Shown here piece by piece: positions 18,632 to 28,612 of a stretch of 64,000 nucleotides of DNA. The notes under the pieces are model-generated. The model ran no database searches and was not told the origin of the DNA. It worked only from the letters and a program-made list of their open reading frames with translations. How positions within the stretch are numbered: position 1 is the first letter of the stretch; each line of letters begins with the position of its first letter. Both the position numbers and the translations under genes were made by a program. Source of the DNA: Coprothermobacterota bacterium (GTDB lineage: Bacteria; Coprothermobacterota; Coprothermobacteria; Coprothermobacterales; Coprothermobacteraceae); NCBI GenBank assembly GCA_036679065.1, contig JAZIGN010000004.1, positions 131,251-195,250 on the forward strand. The letters are read 5' to 3'.

Positions 18632-20554
18632 TTAGTGTTTAAGGACTTTTCTACCTCTGGCACCTTCTAATGGACCCACATAGCCCTGTTCTTCTAATGC
18701 GTCCAAAATTCGAGCAGCCCTGTTGTAACCAATCTTAAATCGACGCTGTATCAGAGAAGTAGAGACTCTATCCATGTTTTTTATCATGTTAATCACGTCG
18801 TTCATTAGTGGATCAGAACTGTCAAAGCTGCCCGTTACGGACTCCATGGTGGGAATATCACGTAGCTGAGTTTCCAGTGATTGTGATTTCCAGTAGTCCA
18901 CCACACGCATGATTTCCACGTCAGAAATGAAAGGAGCCTGTCCTCTTATGGGTTTCATCACGGCAGGATTTGAATACAGGAAGTCACCAGCACCAATCAG
19001 CCGTTCTGCTCCAGTAACGTCCAGGATTACTCGGGAATCCACCTGGCTGCTCACAGCAAAAGCAATACGGTGGGGAATATTCGCCTTTATCAGCCCCGTT
19101 ATGACATCCACAGAAGGCCTTTGAGTAGCCATGATGAGGTGAATACCTGCTGCCCTTGCCTTGGAAGCCAGCACCGCAACTACTTGTTCCATCTCAGAGG
19201 GTGCTGTGAGCATGATGTCAGCTAATTCATCAACCACGAAAATTATGATAGGTATTTTTTCCTCTGGGTGCGCTTTGTTGTAATCAACAATGCTTCTGGA
19301 CTTTGATTGTGCAAGTATTTGATACCTTTCCTCCATCTCAGCAGCTAATTCCTTTAGAACAATGAGAACCTGTTGAGGATTGTTGATAACAGGATACAAA
19401 AGATGAGGAAGCCCTTGATAGAAAGAGAATTCCACGTGCTTTGGGTCAGCCAAGACCAGACGGACGTCTTCAGGGCTAAAATTCATCAAAAACGAGACAA
19501 TGAAACTTTGCAAAGCCACACTTTTCCCGGCTCCTGTGGCTCCTGCTACCAGTAAGTGAGGCATCTTTGTCAAATCTTCAATGATGGGTTTCCCATCCAC
19601 AGTCAGCCCAATGGGGAGTGGTATGTTAGCATACTTGTCGCCCATGGCTCCGATTAGATTGGAGAGTCTTACGATTTGCCTCTTCGGATTGGGTACCTCG
19701 ATTGCTACCGTATTGGGTTTGCCAGCAACAGGGGCGTCAATACGTAGTTCAGGTATGCCTAACCGTACCGCGAAATCTTGGCTTCTCGCTGTGACTGTGG
19801 AAACACGAGTCCCTGCTAGAAGTTCGATCTCCAACCTTACTACGTGAGGGCCTGTTACGAAGTTAACAACCTTTCCTCCTATGCTAAAAGTGTCCAAAAC
19901 CTCTTGGACTTTCTTTGCCAGGGTCTGTGTCTCTGTTGTGGCACCAAATGATAGTTTTGTGGGGGCTTCTAGAAGACTAACAGGGGGTAAGAAAGTACGT
20001 CCCTTAAATCTTCTTCTGACTTCACCTGTAACTTGATCAGACGTCGTGTGCAAACTTGGAACTCTTTCATCTCTTGGTTCGGACGTTGATTTTGCAGAGG
20101 ACTTAGAGTCCTTCACTTTGGTCTTTTCCCTTTTAACATCTATGATCACTGGAACCTGTGGACTCTTGTTTGTTTCGAAAACTTCCGTTGGGGGGAATGG
20201 CGTTTGTATGTTGGGTTGAGGTATACGTTTTACTGATACAACTCCCATGATGATGAGCAGTACGGCACCAGCCAGTATGAGGCTTACCAACCAAGCAGGC
20301 AATCCCATTATTGTGAAGAGTTCCTGCCACACCACTACAGATTGCAACAAAATCTTTCCAACAAAATAGAAAACCACACTAAAGAAAACAAGAATACTGG
20401 GGACCACTATTAGTGCTACGAAGAGTTTTCTACTGTTGTTTTTCTTTTTCCGCTTTTGAAGGCTGCTTGTACTCTTCGATTTTACGGGTCTTTTCCCCTG
20501 ATTATTTACCAGCGGCTTTTTCTTGCTGTTAGTCTTAGCTTTACCTCGTGCCAT
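18632..20554 (-). CDS. ftsK: DNA translocase FtsK/SpoIIIE
   Basis: MPHLLVAGATGAGKS, DELAD, ATQRPSVDVITG, gamma domain STSLIQRRFKIGYNRAAR. Two N-terminal TM helices. Confidence 0.95.
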   Translation of the reverse strand: MARGKAKTNSKKKPLVNNQGKRPVKSKSTSSLQKRKKKNNSRKLFVALIVVPSILVFFSVVFYFVGKILLQSVVVWQELFTIMGLPAWLVSLILAGAVLLIIMGVVSVKRIPQPNIQTPFPPTEVFETNKSPQVPVIIDVKREKTKVKDSKSSAKSTSEPRDERVPSLHTTSDQVTGEVRRRFKGRTFLPPVSLLEAPTKLSFGATTETQTLAKKVQEVLDTFSIGGKVVNFVTGPHVVRLEIELLAGTRVSTVTARSQDFAVRLGIPELRIDAPVAGKPNTVAIEVPNPKRQIVRLSNLIGAMGDKYANIPLPIGLTVDGKPIIEDLTKMPHLLVAGATGAGKSVALQSFIVSFLMNFSPEDVRLVLADPKHVEFSFYQGLPHLLYPVINNPQQVLIVLKELAAEMEERYQILAQSKSRSIVDYNKAHPEEKIPIIIFVVDELADIMLTAPSEMEQVVAVLASKARAAGIHLIMATQRPSVDVITGLIKANIPHRIAFAVSSQVDSRVILDVTGAERLIGAGDFLYSNPAVMKPIRGQAPFISDVEIMRVVDYWKSQSLETQLRDIPTMESVTGSFDSSDPLMNDVINMIKNMDRVSTSLIQRRFKIGYNRAARILDALEEQGYVGPLEGARGRKVLKH

Positions 20555-20634
20555 GTCGCTATTTTAACCCATTTTTGACATATTAATCAAATAAACAGAG
20601 CTCTTTGACTTATAATACCCTTGAGGTGATCAAG

Positions 20635-22284
20635 ATGAAACTGGTAAAAATCGTCGTTACTACTGGACCATCATTAGAAGATTTGGATTCAATAAGGGAA
20701 GCAGCTAAGGCCGGGGCGGATGTATTCAGGCTTAACTTTTCACATGGCTCGTACGACGAGCATGTGAAAAGGATTGAAAACATAAGAATTGTGGAAAAGG
20801 AGCTGGATAAGCCCTTAGCCATATTGGCTGATCTACAGGGACCTAAGATTAGGATAACTAGTACGGTAGCAGAAGAAGGTATTTTGTTACAAGAAGGTGC
20901 GGAGACCAAACTACGCTACGGATCAGACCCGTCTAATCAAGAAGTGCTGTATGTTGATTACCCTTATTTAGTAGAAGATGTGGAAGTTGGTTCTTTGGTT
21001 TATCTGGACGACGGAAAGATCCAGCTTCGAGTGACTTCAAAAAATGATCACGAACTAACAGCCCAAGTAGTTGCAGGAGGCATTGTAACATCCCATAAAG
21101 GAATTAGTTTTGCGGGTGCTCGCCTGCGTCTCCCAGCATTAACGGACAAAGATTTGAAAGATCTTGATTTTCTATGTAAGCAGGATATTGATTTCATTGG
21201 ACTGAGCTTTGTTAGAGAACCTGAAGATATAATGGACCTTCGCAGAAGACTTGACAAGGCTAGGCGCAACGATGTTGGAATTGTTGCAAAGATTGAAAGG
21301 CATGAAGCTCTAGAAGATTTGAATAGCATTGTGGAAGCCTCGGACGCGATCATGGTAGCTCGGGGCGATTTGGCTCTCGACATACCGTTGGAAGACCTAG
21401 CTCTTGTGCAAAAGGAAATTATCAGAATATGCGTGGAAAAATGTAAACCTGTTATCGTGGCAACGCAAATGCTTGACTCCATGATAGAAAGACCATTCCC
21501 AGGCAGAGCTGAGATTACAGACGTTGCTAACGCTGTCATGGATGGAAGCGATGCCGTAATGCTGTCTGGCGAAACAGCTTTCGGGAAGTATCCAATTCTT
21601 GCTATTGAAACCATGAAACGCATAATCGAAGCTGCTGAAACCTACCCGTTTAGGACACCGAATTTGCTAACACCGAAATCTGTACGCGAAGCACTTGTAG
21701 AAAGTGCAGTACGTATCGCTGAGCGTAGCGGTGCAGAACTATTAGTCGTTGCTACCGAAACTGGAGCCTCTGCACGAATTACTTCTGCTTTTCGTTCTGT
21801 AGTTCCCATTCTTGCTGTCACTCATAATCTTAGGTTGCAGCGCCAGTTGTGCCTCAGCCGGGCAGTCATTCCCATAAGGACCGAAGCTTCAGCATCTGCT
21901 GAGGAAGTCCTGAAAACTAGTGTCAAATGGTCGTTGGAGCATCAAATTGCAAGCAAAGGAGATCTGCTGCTCTATATTTTTGGTGATTTGACCGGTGTGG
22001 CGGGAAGTACAAACTCTGTTAAAATATATAGGATACCAACCGTTATTGGAAATGTGGAGATTCTTAAGCCAAGCAAAGGTTACATGGTGGGACATTACCT
22101 CAAGAGACTAAACGGTATTGCGTTTTTCGAGGCAGGGAAAACGGAGACCTATCTTTTTGGTAAAGATGAGCCCGAAGGCCATCTTTTTGGTAACGTCGTT
22201 TGGATACAGGAACCCAGTGACGGAGCGGTTATTACCGTGGATTTAGAAACAGGAAAGATCTACAATGGACATTACGTTTTGTGA
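20635..22284 (+). CDS. pyk: Pyruvate kinase with C-terminal extension
   Basis: RLNFSHG, DLQGPKIR, AKIE, MVARGDL, ATQML.SM, MLSGETA.GKYP. SD GAGGTG before ATG 20635. Confidence 0.96.
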   Translation: MKLVKIVVTTGPSLEDLDSIREAAKAGADVFRLNFSHGSYDEHVKRIENIRIVEKELDKPLAILADLQGPKIRITSTVAEEGILLQEGAETKLRYGSDPSNQEVLYVDYPYLVEDVEVGSLVYLDDGKIQLRVTSKNDHELTAQVVAGGIVTSHKGISFAGARLRLPALTDKDLKDLDFLCKQDIDFIGLSFVREPEDIMDLRRRLDKARRNDVGIVAKIERHEALEDLNSIVEASDAIMVARGDLALDIPLEDLALVQKEIIRICVEKCKPVIVATQMLDSMIERPFPGRAEITDVANAVMDGSDAVMLSGETAFGKYPILAIETMKRIIEAAETYPFRTPNLLTPKSVREALVESAVRIAERSGAELLVVATETGASARITSAFRSVVPILAVTHNLRLQRQLCLSRAVIPIRTEASASAEEVLKTSVKWSLEHQIASKGDLLLYIFGDLTGVAGSTNSVKIYRIPTVIGNVEILKPSKGYMVGHYLKRLNGIAFFEAGKTETYLFGKDEPEGHLFGNVVWIQEPSDGAVITVDLETGKIYNGHYVL

Positions 22285-22555
22285 GAAAGACAAGAAAATA
22301 AGGCAGAGTATAAAAGTGCTTAGCGTGACGGCAATCACACTCTGTGTGCTTATCGTGCTGCTTGTATTTGTGGATATGTCAGTACAGAACCAGCTAAGGC
22401 AGCTTGAAGGAACCCTAAACGCACTCGAGGACCAAAAGAAAGTGCTAAAAAACGAAGTTCTCTTCGTGGACAGCGAATACTATAATGAGAAAATTATCGT
22501 AGACATTTTAAAGGGTAATGTAGATGGTGCAACAGTCATTAGATTTGATCGTTAA
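22265..22555 (+). CDS. Small bitopic coiled-coil protein (FtsL/FtsB-like)
   Basis: Basic N-terminus, one TM helix, heptad coiled coil. Sits upstream of DUF501, as DivIC does in other taxa. Confidence 0.55.
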   Translation: MDITFCEKDKKIRQSIKVLSVTAITLCVLIVLLVFVDMSVQNQLRQLEGTLNALEDQKKVLKNEVLFVDSEYYNEKIIVDILKGNVDGATVIRFDR

Positions 22556-23009
22556 GTTCCAGCTGGACCGTCCTCCCAGGGGGAGCTGGTGGCCAAGGGT
22601 TTTTTGTCCACATGGATTCCCCATGGTAATTGAAACAAAGCCTTTTCTGGAGGATGGTACTCCTTTTCCTACACTGTTTTGGCTTAGTTGCCCTTACCTC
22701 AAAGAAGAAATCTCTAAGATAGAAAGCGGCGCCGAGAAAGCGGTTATCACTAATCAAGTTTTGCAAGATAAACTTGCGTTGGCTGAGGAGCTAGAAAGCG
22801 AACGCCTGTATGCTGATTATTTAGAATGTCAAGGTTTTGGCAGGAAGTTATTCATTGGTGGCAGCAAGTCGCCCTTAACATTCAAGTGCATGCATGCTCT
22901 GGTAGCGTGGTATCTTGTTTCTCACCGAGGTATTGCTGCTGCGATTACGCTGGGCAAATTGGAAAGCAATTATTGTAAAGATAAGAGGTGCGAAATAGGT
23001 CATGAATGA
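22524..23009 (+). CDS. DUF501 family protein
   Basis: QL.R.PRG, CPHG.P.V...P.L.DGTPFPTLFWL.CP, IGG, KC.HA. Confidence 0.85.
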   Translation: MVQQSLDLIVKFQLDRPPRGSWWPRVFCPHGFPMVIETKPFLEDGTPFPTLFWLSCPYLKEEISKIESGAEKAVITNQVLQDKLALAEELESERLYADYLECQGFGRKLFIGGSKSPLTFKCMHALVAWYLVSHRGIAAAITLGKLESNYCKDKRCEIGHE

Positions 23010-23931
23010 AACAACGCTTTTTGATGTTTTCATAGTTGGTGGGGGACCTGCAGGTTTAACCGGTGCGATTTATTGTGCCAGGAATGGTTTGCGTGTAGCT
23101 GTTGCCTCAGAGGACATTTTTGGTGGCACAGTGAACAATGCAGCCATAATTGAGAACTACCCTGGGTTCCCAGAAGGCATATCAGGTGCCGAGCTTGCTG
23201 AACGATTCAGGCAGCATGCAGTGAATGCTGGAGCGGAGCTTTTAGATGAAAAGGTTGAAACGATTGAAAAGAGTGGTAAGTATTTTGCTCTGCACGGGTA
23301 TGACGAATATTTGGCAAAGGCTGTTATACTGGCCATGGGCATAGATTACCGAAAGCTTGGGGTTCCTGGTGAGTCGGAGCTTTTAGGCAGAGGTGTGTCG
23401 TTCTGTGCTACCTGTGATGGGGCTTTCTTCCGTAATAAAGCAGTGGCAGTGGTGGGAGGCGGAAGTTCTGCTTTCGCCAGTGCAGAATACATGACTAATA
23501 TAGCTTCAAAGGTCTATTTGGTGCATAGACGCTCCGGTTTTAGAGCAGAAAAGGTGTTAGTGGATAGGGTACTGTCACACCCAAAGGTAGAACCCTTGCT
23601 TAACAAGGTAGTAAAGAGGATCAATGGTCATAACAAGGTTGAGAGCTTGCTGCTCGAGGATGTTAATACTAAAGAGCAGAGTGTTTTGCAAGTAGATGGT
23701 GTATTCATTCAAATCGGTCACGTACCAAAAACAGATTTGGCAAAGGGATTAGTAAACATGGACGAAAATGGGTATATAAAAGTTAGCGAGGATATGAAGA
23801 CGTCCGAAGAAGGAATATTCGCAGCCGGTGATATAAGGCAAGGCGCACTTGGTCAAATAGTAACTGCTGCAGCTGACGGTGCAATCGCAGCGGAAAGCGT
23901 GTTTCGCTATATAAATGAGAAAGGCCTTTAA
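23002..23931 (+). CDS. trxB: Thioredoxin-disulfide reductase
   Basis: GGGPAG, ENYPG, GVSFCATCDG, VVGGG, AAGD. Confidence 0.94.
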   Translation: MNETTLFDVFIVGGGPAGLTGAIYCARNGLRVAVASEDIFGGTVNNAAIIENYPGFPEGISGAELAERFRQHAVNAGAELLDEKVETIEKSGKYFALHGYDEYLAKAVILAMGIDYRKLGVPGESELLGRGVSFCATCDGAFFRNKAVAVVGGGSSAFASAEYMTNIASKVYLVHRRSGFRAEKVLVDRVLSHPKVEPLLNKVVKRINGHNKVESLLLEDVNTKEQSVLQVDGVFIQIGHVPKTDLAKGLVNMDENGYIKVSEDMKTSEEGIFAAGDIRQGALGQIVTAAADGAIAAESVFRYINEKGL

Positions 23932-23945
23932 AAGGAGGGTAAAGT

Positions 23946-26363
23946 TTGTTTATTAGATTTTCAGAAGAAGCAAGAAAAGCACTTAAGGACGCCCAGGAAG
24001 AAGCAAGGCGTCTGAACAGCAGTTTTGTTGGCAGAGAGCATTTGGTCTTGGCCATGCTCAACGAAGATACGAGGGCATATTCCATAATTGATTCGTTGGG
24101 TGCTGATGCTGACAACATAAGGAGTTCTATCGAAGATATACCAATGCCAATGGCCTCGAGTTTGCAGTATCCTGAGCTTTCCAGTGAAGCCAGGAGGCTT
24201 TTGGATATTGCCAGCGAAGAGGCACGCAAACTGGCTCACTCATATGTGGGTACTGAACATCTGTTACTGGCAATTCTTAAGGAACCATCCAGAGTTAGTT
24301 CCATACTAAATGAGAATGGCGTTTTCTATGACGATGTAAGGAGAAAAGTCATAGAAATGGGAGAGCAGGAACCGGAGGAAAAAGGAAAGACGAAAACACC
24401 AGTCCTGGATAAGTTTTCCAAGGACCTTGTCTCTCTTGCTGAAAAAGGTAAGCTGGACCCTGTCATAGGTCGAGAAACAGAGCTCAATAGGATCATTGAA
24501 ATACTTAGCCGAAGGATTAAGAACAACCCCATTCTGTTGGGTGAACCTGGCGTAGGTAAAACGGCCATAGTTGAAGGCTTGGCTGAGAGAATTGCCTCAG
24601 GTAAGGTGCCTTACTCTTTGAAGAAAAAGCGCATTGTGCAGCTTGATATTTCTTCCATAGTTGCTGGCACAAAGTACAGAGGCGAATTCGAAGAACGTAT
24701 GAAGAAGATTTTGGATGAAGTTAAGCGTACCAACGGACAAGTAATTCTTTTTATCGACGAAATACATACAGTCATTGGTGCAGGTGCTGCTGAAGGAGCC
24801 ATAGACGCTGCTTCCATCCTAAAACCTTCTTTGGCTCGTGGCGAGATCAAAGTTATTGGTGCGACAACTTACGATGACTACAGAAAATACATTGAGAGGG
24901 ATCCGGCTTTCGAGCGCAGATTCCAACCTGTTCAGGTGGACGAACCTTCCTTAGAAGAAACAAAGCAGATTCTCATAGGTCTGCGTCCTATCTACGAGAA
25001 ATTTCACAACGTTAAGATTGCAGATGACGCCATTGAGGCGGCTGCCATATTGACAAAGAAGTATGTGAAGCAAAGGTTTCTGCCTGACAAAGCCATAGAT
25101 GCTTTGGATGAAACATGTGCGAAAGTAAGGCTTGCGAATGAGGTTTTACCGAGCAACCTTAGGGCACTGCTAGATGAAATTGAGAATGTTAGATTGCAGA
25201 AGCAATTAGCTATTGATTCTCAGCAATTTGAAGAAGCTGCATCATTACGAGATAAGGAGAAGGCGCTCAAGGAAGAATACGCCAGGATGGAAGAGATTTG
25301 GCTCTATGAACGGAGCATGGATGAGAATCAACCCACGGTATCTTTTGATGACGTCGCATATACGATATCCTCTTGGACTGGCATACCTGTAGCAAAATTG
25401 CGTTTGGATGATAAGAAGAAACTCCTAGAGATTGAAGATTATCTGCACCGACGGATCGTTGGTCAGAATGAAGCAGTTACTGCCGTGGCTAAAGCCATTA
25501 GAAGAAGCAGAACTGGTTTGCAGGACGAAAGAAGACCTATTGGCGTATTCTTGTTCCTTGGACCTACTGGAGTAGGCAAAACGGAACTTGCACGCGCTTT
25601 AGCTGAATTCATGTTTGGCGAAGAAGATGCTCTCATACGTATTGACATGTCTGAGTACATGGAGAAGTTCAATGTAAGCCGATTGGTTGGTGCTCCTCCA
25701 GGATATGTTGGGTACGAAGAAGGAGGACAGCTCACTGAAGCTGTTAGAAGGAAACCGCACAGCATTGTACTTCTGGATGAGATTGAGAAAGCACATCCAG
25801 ATGTCTTCGACATATTGCTTCAAATATTCGAAGATGGCCGCCTAACTGACGGTCAAGGTCGCGTAGTGGATTTCAGAAATACTATCATAATAATGACGTC
25901 AAACTTGGGTAGCAGGGATATTAGTGCAGGTGCAACCATAGGATTCTTAAAAGACGAGGCTAAATTCGAAAACATGGAAAACCTTGTTATGGATGCTGTA
26001 AAGAAGTTCTTCAAGCCCGAGTTCCTTAACAGGATTGATGAAATAGTAGTATTCCACCACTTGACAAACGAAGACTTAAGACAAATCGTTGGTATCATGA
26101 TGGACGATCTGAACAAACAGCTTCGTTCTCAGGACCTTGCTGTTAAGATCTCCGACAGAATGTTAGATCAGATCATTAAAGAAGGTTATGAACCAAGGTT
26201 CGGTGCTAGACCGCTAAGAAGGGCCATCCAACGACTTGTAAAGGATCCTTTAGCGGAATACATGCTCAAACACGAGAATATTAGTGGAACGTTGCTTTTG
26301 GACTTTGCTAATGGTGAGATTGAAATTAATCAGGTACCAGACGAGGAAGTTAGTAGAGTTTGA
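23946..26363 (+). CDS. clpC: ATP-dependent Clp protease ATPase ClpC
   Basis: Double Clp-N repeat, two AAA+ modules, short UVR-type M domain, IGF ClpP-docking loop (GATIGFL). Confidence 0.93.
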   Translation: MFIRFSEEARKALKDAQEEARRLNSSFVGREHLVLAMLNEDTRAYSIIDSLGADADNIRSSIEDIPMPMASSLQYPELSSEARRLLDIASEEARKLAHSYVGTEHLLLAILKEPSRVSSILNENGVFYDDVRRKVIEMGEQEPEEKGKTKTPVLDKFSKDLVSLAEKGKLDPVIGRETELNRIIEILSRRIKNNPILLGEPGVGKTAIVEGLAERIASGKVPYSLKKKRIVQLDISSIVAGTKYRGEFEERMKKILDEVKRTNGQVILFIDEIHTVIGAGAAEGAIDAASILKPSLARGEIKVIGATTYDDYRKYIERDPAFERRFQPVQVDEPSLEETKQILIGLRPIYEKFHNVKIADDAIEAAAILTKKYVKQRFLPDKAIDALDETCAKVRLANEVLPSNLRALLDEIENVRLQKQLAIDSQQFEEAASLRDKEKALKEEYARMEEIWLYERSMDENQPTVSFDDVAYTISSWTGIPVAKLRLDDKKKLLEIEDYLHRRIVGQNEAVTAVAKAIRRSRTGLQDERRPIGVFLFLGPTGVGKTELARALAEFMFGEEDALIRIDMSEYMEKFNVSRLVGAPPGYVGYEEGGQLTEAVRRKPHSIVLLDEIEKAHPDVFDILLQIFEDGRLTDGQGRVVDFRNTIIIMTSNLGSRDISAGATIGFLKDEAKFENMENLVMDAVKKFFKPEFLNRIDEIVVFHHLTNEDLRQIVGIMMDDLNKQLRSQDLAVKISDRMLDQIIKEGYEPRFGARPLRRAIQRLVKDPLAEYMLKHENISGTLLLDFANGEIEINQVPDEEVSRV

Positions 26364-27583
26364 GTGAAAAGAGTCAGTACGAATGCTTAAACTGCGGGTA
26401 CGTTTCCTACGTGAAGTTGGGAAGGTGCCCGCAGTGTGGCCAATTTGGTACGTTTGTTCTTCGGAAGCCCGTAGTCGATCAAGAATCAAAAGAGAACCAT
26501 AGTTACATCAAGAAACCGCAAAGAACGATTCCGACTTTTTTATCAGAGCTTAATTACGTTTTGGGAGGCGGCCTTAAGAGCGGGTCAGTGCTGCTTTTAG
26601 GGGGCGAACCTGGCATAGGTAAGTCAACTCTTGCACTACAAATCCTTGGCCATGCGGAAGCAAATGCTTTATATGTAAGTTCAGAGGAAACTCAGCAGCA
26701 AGTGCTTGAACGTGCTAAACGCATTGGTCTGAGCAATATAAATGTTGTGTCTGAATCAGATCTTGGTGATGTTGACTTAGACAATTACGAGCTGGTTTGT
26801 GTGGACAGTCTTCAAACCATACGTTTTGGTGATGTGGGCACGCCGGGATCACCAACCATGGTAAAAGAAATAGCCGGCCACTTGGTTAAATGGGCAAAGG
26901 AATCTAACGGGATTGTTGTCATAGTGGCACACGTGACAAAAGAAGGTGTCATAGCAGGTCCCCGTACAGTAGAGCACATGGTAGACGTTGTGTTATATTT
27001 GGAAGGAGATAGAACCAGCGATAAGCGGTTATTAAAGTTAGTTAAGAACAGATTCGGACCGAGTACAGACCAGGTCTTGCTCGAGATGCAAAGCTCGGGC
27101 CTGGTTCTCACCAAACCAGAGTTAACTGGATTAGATAAGAATCAAACTGGATTAGTTCTCAGCGCTGTAAACACTGGAACCAGATTTGAGTTTGTTCAGG
27201 TACATGCGTTAGTAACAGATTCTTATGGACAGATCCCAAAACGCTTAAGCTCAAGGTATCCCAATAATCGATTGTTGCTTCTAACAGCAGTTATGCAGAA
27301 GTACCTCAGGGCCCCGCTGTACAAATACGACATTTATGTCGATCTGACTACAGATTTCTTTGTAAATGATTATGGCGTAGATGCTGCCATAGTGGCAGCT
27401 GTTTATTCGAGTTTGAAAGAATTGCCAGTTTTGGGAAATAAACTGGTATATGGTGAAGTTTTGCTTACAGGGGATATAAGATCTCCTCACCCTGAGACAC
27501 AACTGGACCGATTACTTAGAGGAACTCAGTTAAACAGGACAAATGCTTCCACTGTTGTAGAATTAATTAAAGAACTTTTCTAA
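26360..27583 (+). CDS. radA: DNA repair protein RadA/Sms
   Basis: C4 zinc finger, GGEPGIGKST, HVTKEG.IAGP, KNRFG. Confidence 0.93.
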   Translation: MSEKSQYECLNCGYVSYVKLGRCPQCGQFGTFVLRKPVVDQESKENHSYIKKPQRTIPTFLSELNYVLGGGLKSGSVLLLGGEPGIGKSTLALQILGHAEANALYVSSEETQQQVLERAKRIGLSNINVVSESDLGDVDLDNYELVCVDSLQTIRFGDVGTPGSPTMVKEIAGHLVKWAKESNGIVVIVAHVTKEGVIAGPRTVEHMVDVVLYLEGDRTSDKRLLKLVKNRFGPSTDQVLLEMQSSGLVLTKPELTGLDKNQTGLVLSAVNTGTRFEFVQVHALVTDSYGQIPKRLSSRYPNNRLLLLTAVMQKYLRAPLYKYDIYVDLTTDFFVNDYGVDAAIVAAVYSSLKELPVLGNKLVYGEVLLTGDIRSPHPETQLDRLLRGTQLNRTNASTVVELIKELF

Positions 27584-27595
27584 TTCTATTGTGAG

Positions 27596-28609
27596 GTGAT
27601 TTTGATGCGTTTTTTACGTTTTATTAGAGGTTTGTTTTATTCTTTTGTCGTATTCATTCTGCTTTACGTTTTAGTTGGTTTTATTCCCTTACAGTTTGTT
27701 GAGGAGAATCAATACATTGTGCTGGGAATTCTGAGCGCAGTAGCCCTAGGAGTAGGCTACGGATTTCTATCCACCTTTGACAAATGGGTGGAGCAGGCTT
27801 TTCAGCGAGCTGCGTCTTTTTCGTTTCAGCAATTCCAGTACATAGGTATCGGCATCATTCTAGCTAACATTGTAGGAGTGCCTATTTTGATACCTCTCAT
27901 GTATGCTGGCGAACACGCGCTGGGTGTCGCTATTCTGGTGGTGCTAGACGTGATGGCCATATGGGGTGCGATTTTCGTTTACCGAGCTAAGGAACGAAGG
28001 GAAGGTATACCCACTGATCAGCCGGAATTTGTTTTGGATACATCCATATTAGTTGATGGGCGCATTTTGGATATTATGAATCTGGACTTACTCAAAGGTA
28101 GGGTTGTGGTGCCTTCTTTTGTAGTCGATGAAATAAGGCAACTGGCTGACAGTACAGATCCCGTCAAGCGTGATAAGGGCCAAAGAGCATTGAAAGTGTT
28201 AGAGCAGCTAAAAGCAATGAGCAAACGTCTTACGCTGCTGGAATACACACCCCGAGGAGTGAAGGGGGTTGATGATGCACTAATTCAGTATGCTCGTGAC
28301 AAGAAAGCAACCATTGTAACATTAGACTCCAACTTGGCAAAGATTGCACGCTTGCATAACGCAGATGTGATCAACTTTAGTGAGGTATTTCTGGCTCTAC
28401 GTCCCAACATCAACGTGGGTGACGAACTTACCATAAAAATCGTCAAGGAAGGAAAAATCCGTCAACAAGGCGTAGGGTTTTTGGACGATGGTACCATGGT
28501 CGTAGTTGAGGATGCAGCCGACTTGATCGGAAACACCGTCCGTGTAGTGGTCACCAATGTACACGTCAGCGATACAGGGAAAATCATCTTTACCAAGGTT
28601 GCTGACTAA
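27596..28609 (+). CDS. PIN/TRAM domain membrane protein (YacL family)
   Basis: Four TM helices, PIN LDTS.LVDGRI, TRAM QGVGFLDDGTMVVVE. Confidence 0.9.
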   Translation: MILMRFLRFIRGLFYSFVVFILLYVLVGFIPLQFVEENQYIVLGILSAVALGVGYGFLSTFDKWVEQAFQRAASFSFQQFQYIGIGIILANIVGVPILIPLMYAGEHALGVAILVVLDVMAIWGAIFVYRAKERREGIPTDQPEFVLDTSILVDGRILDIMNLDLLKGRVVVPSFVVDEIRQLADSTDPVKRDKGQRALKVLEQLKAMSKRLTLLEYTPRGVKGVDDALIQYARDKKATIVTLDSNLAKIARLHNADVINFSEVFLALRPNINVGDELTIKIVKEGKIRQQGVGFLDDGTMVVVEDAADLIGNTVRVVVTNVHVSDTGKIIFTKVAD

Positions 28610-28612
28610 AAC

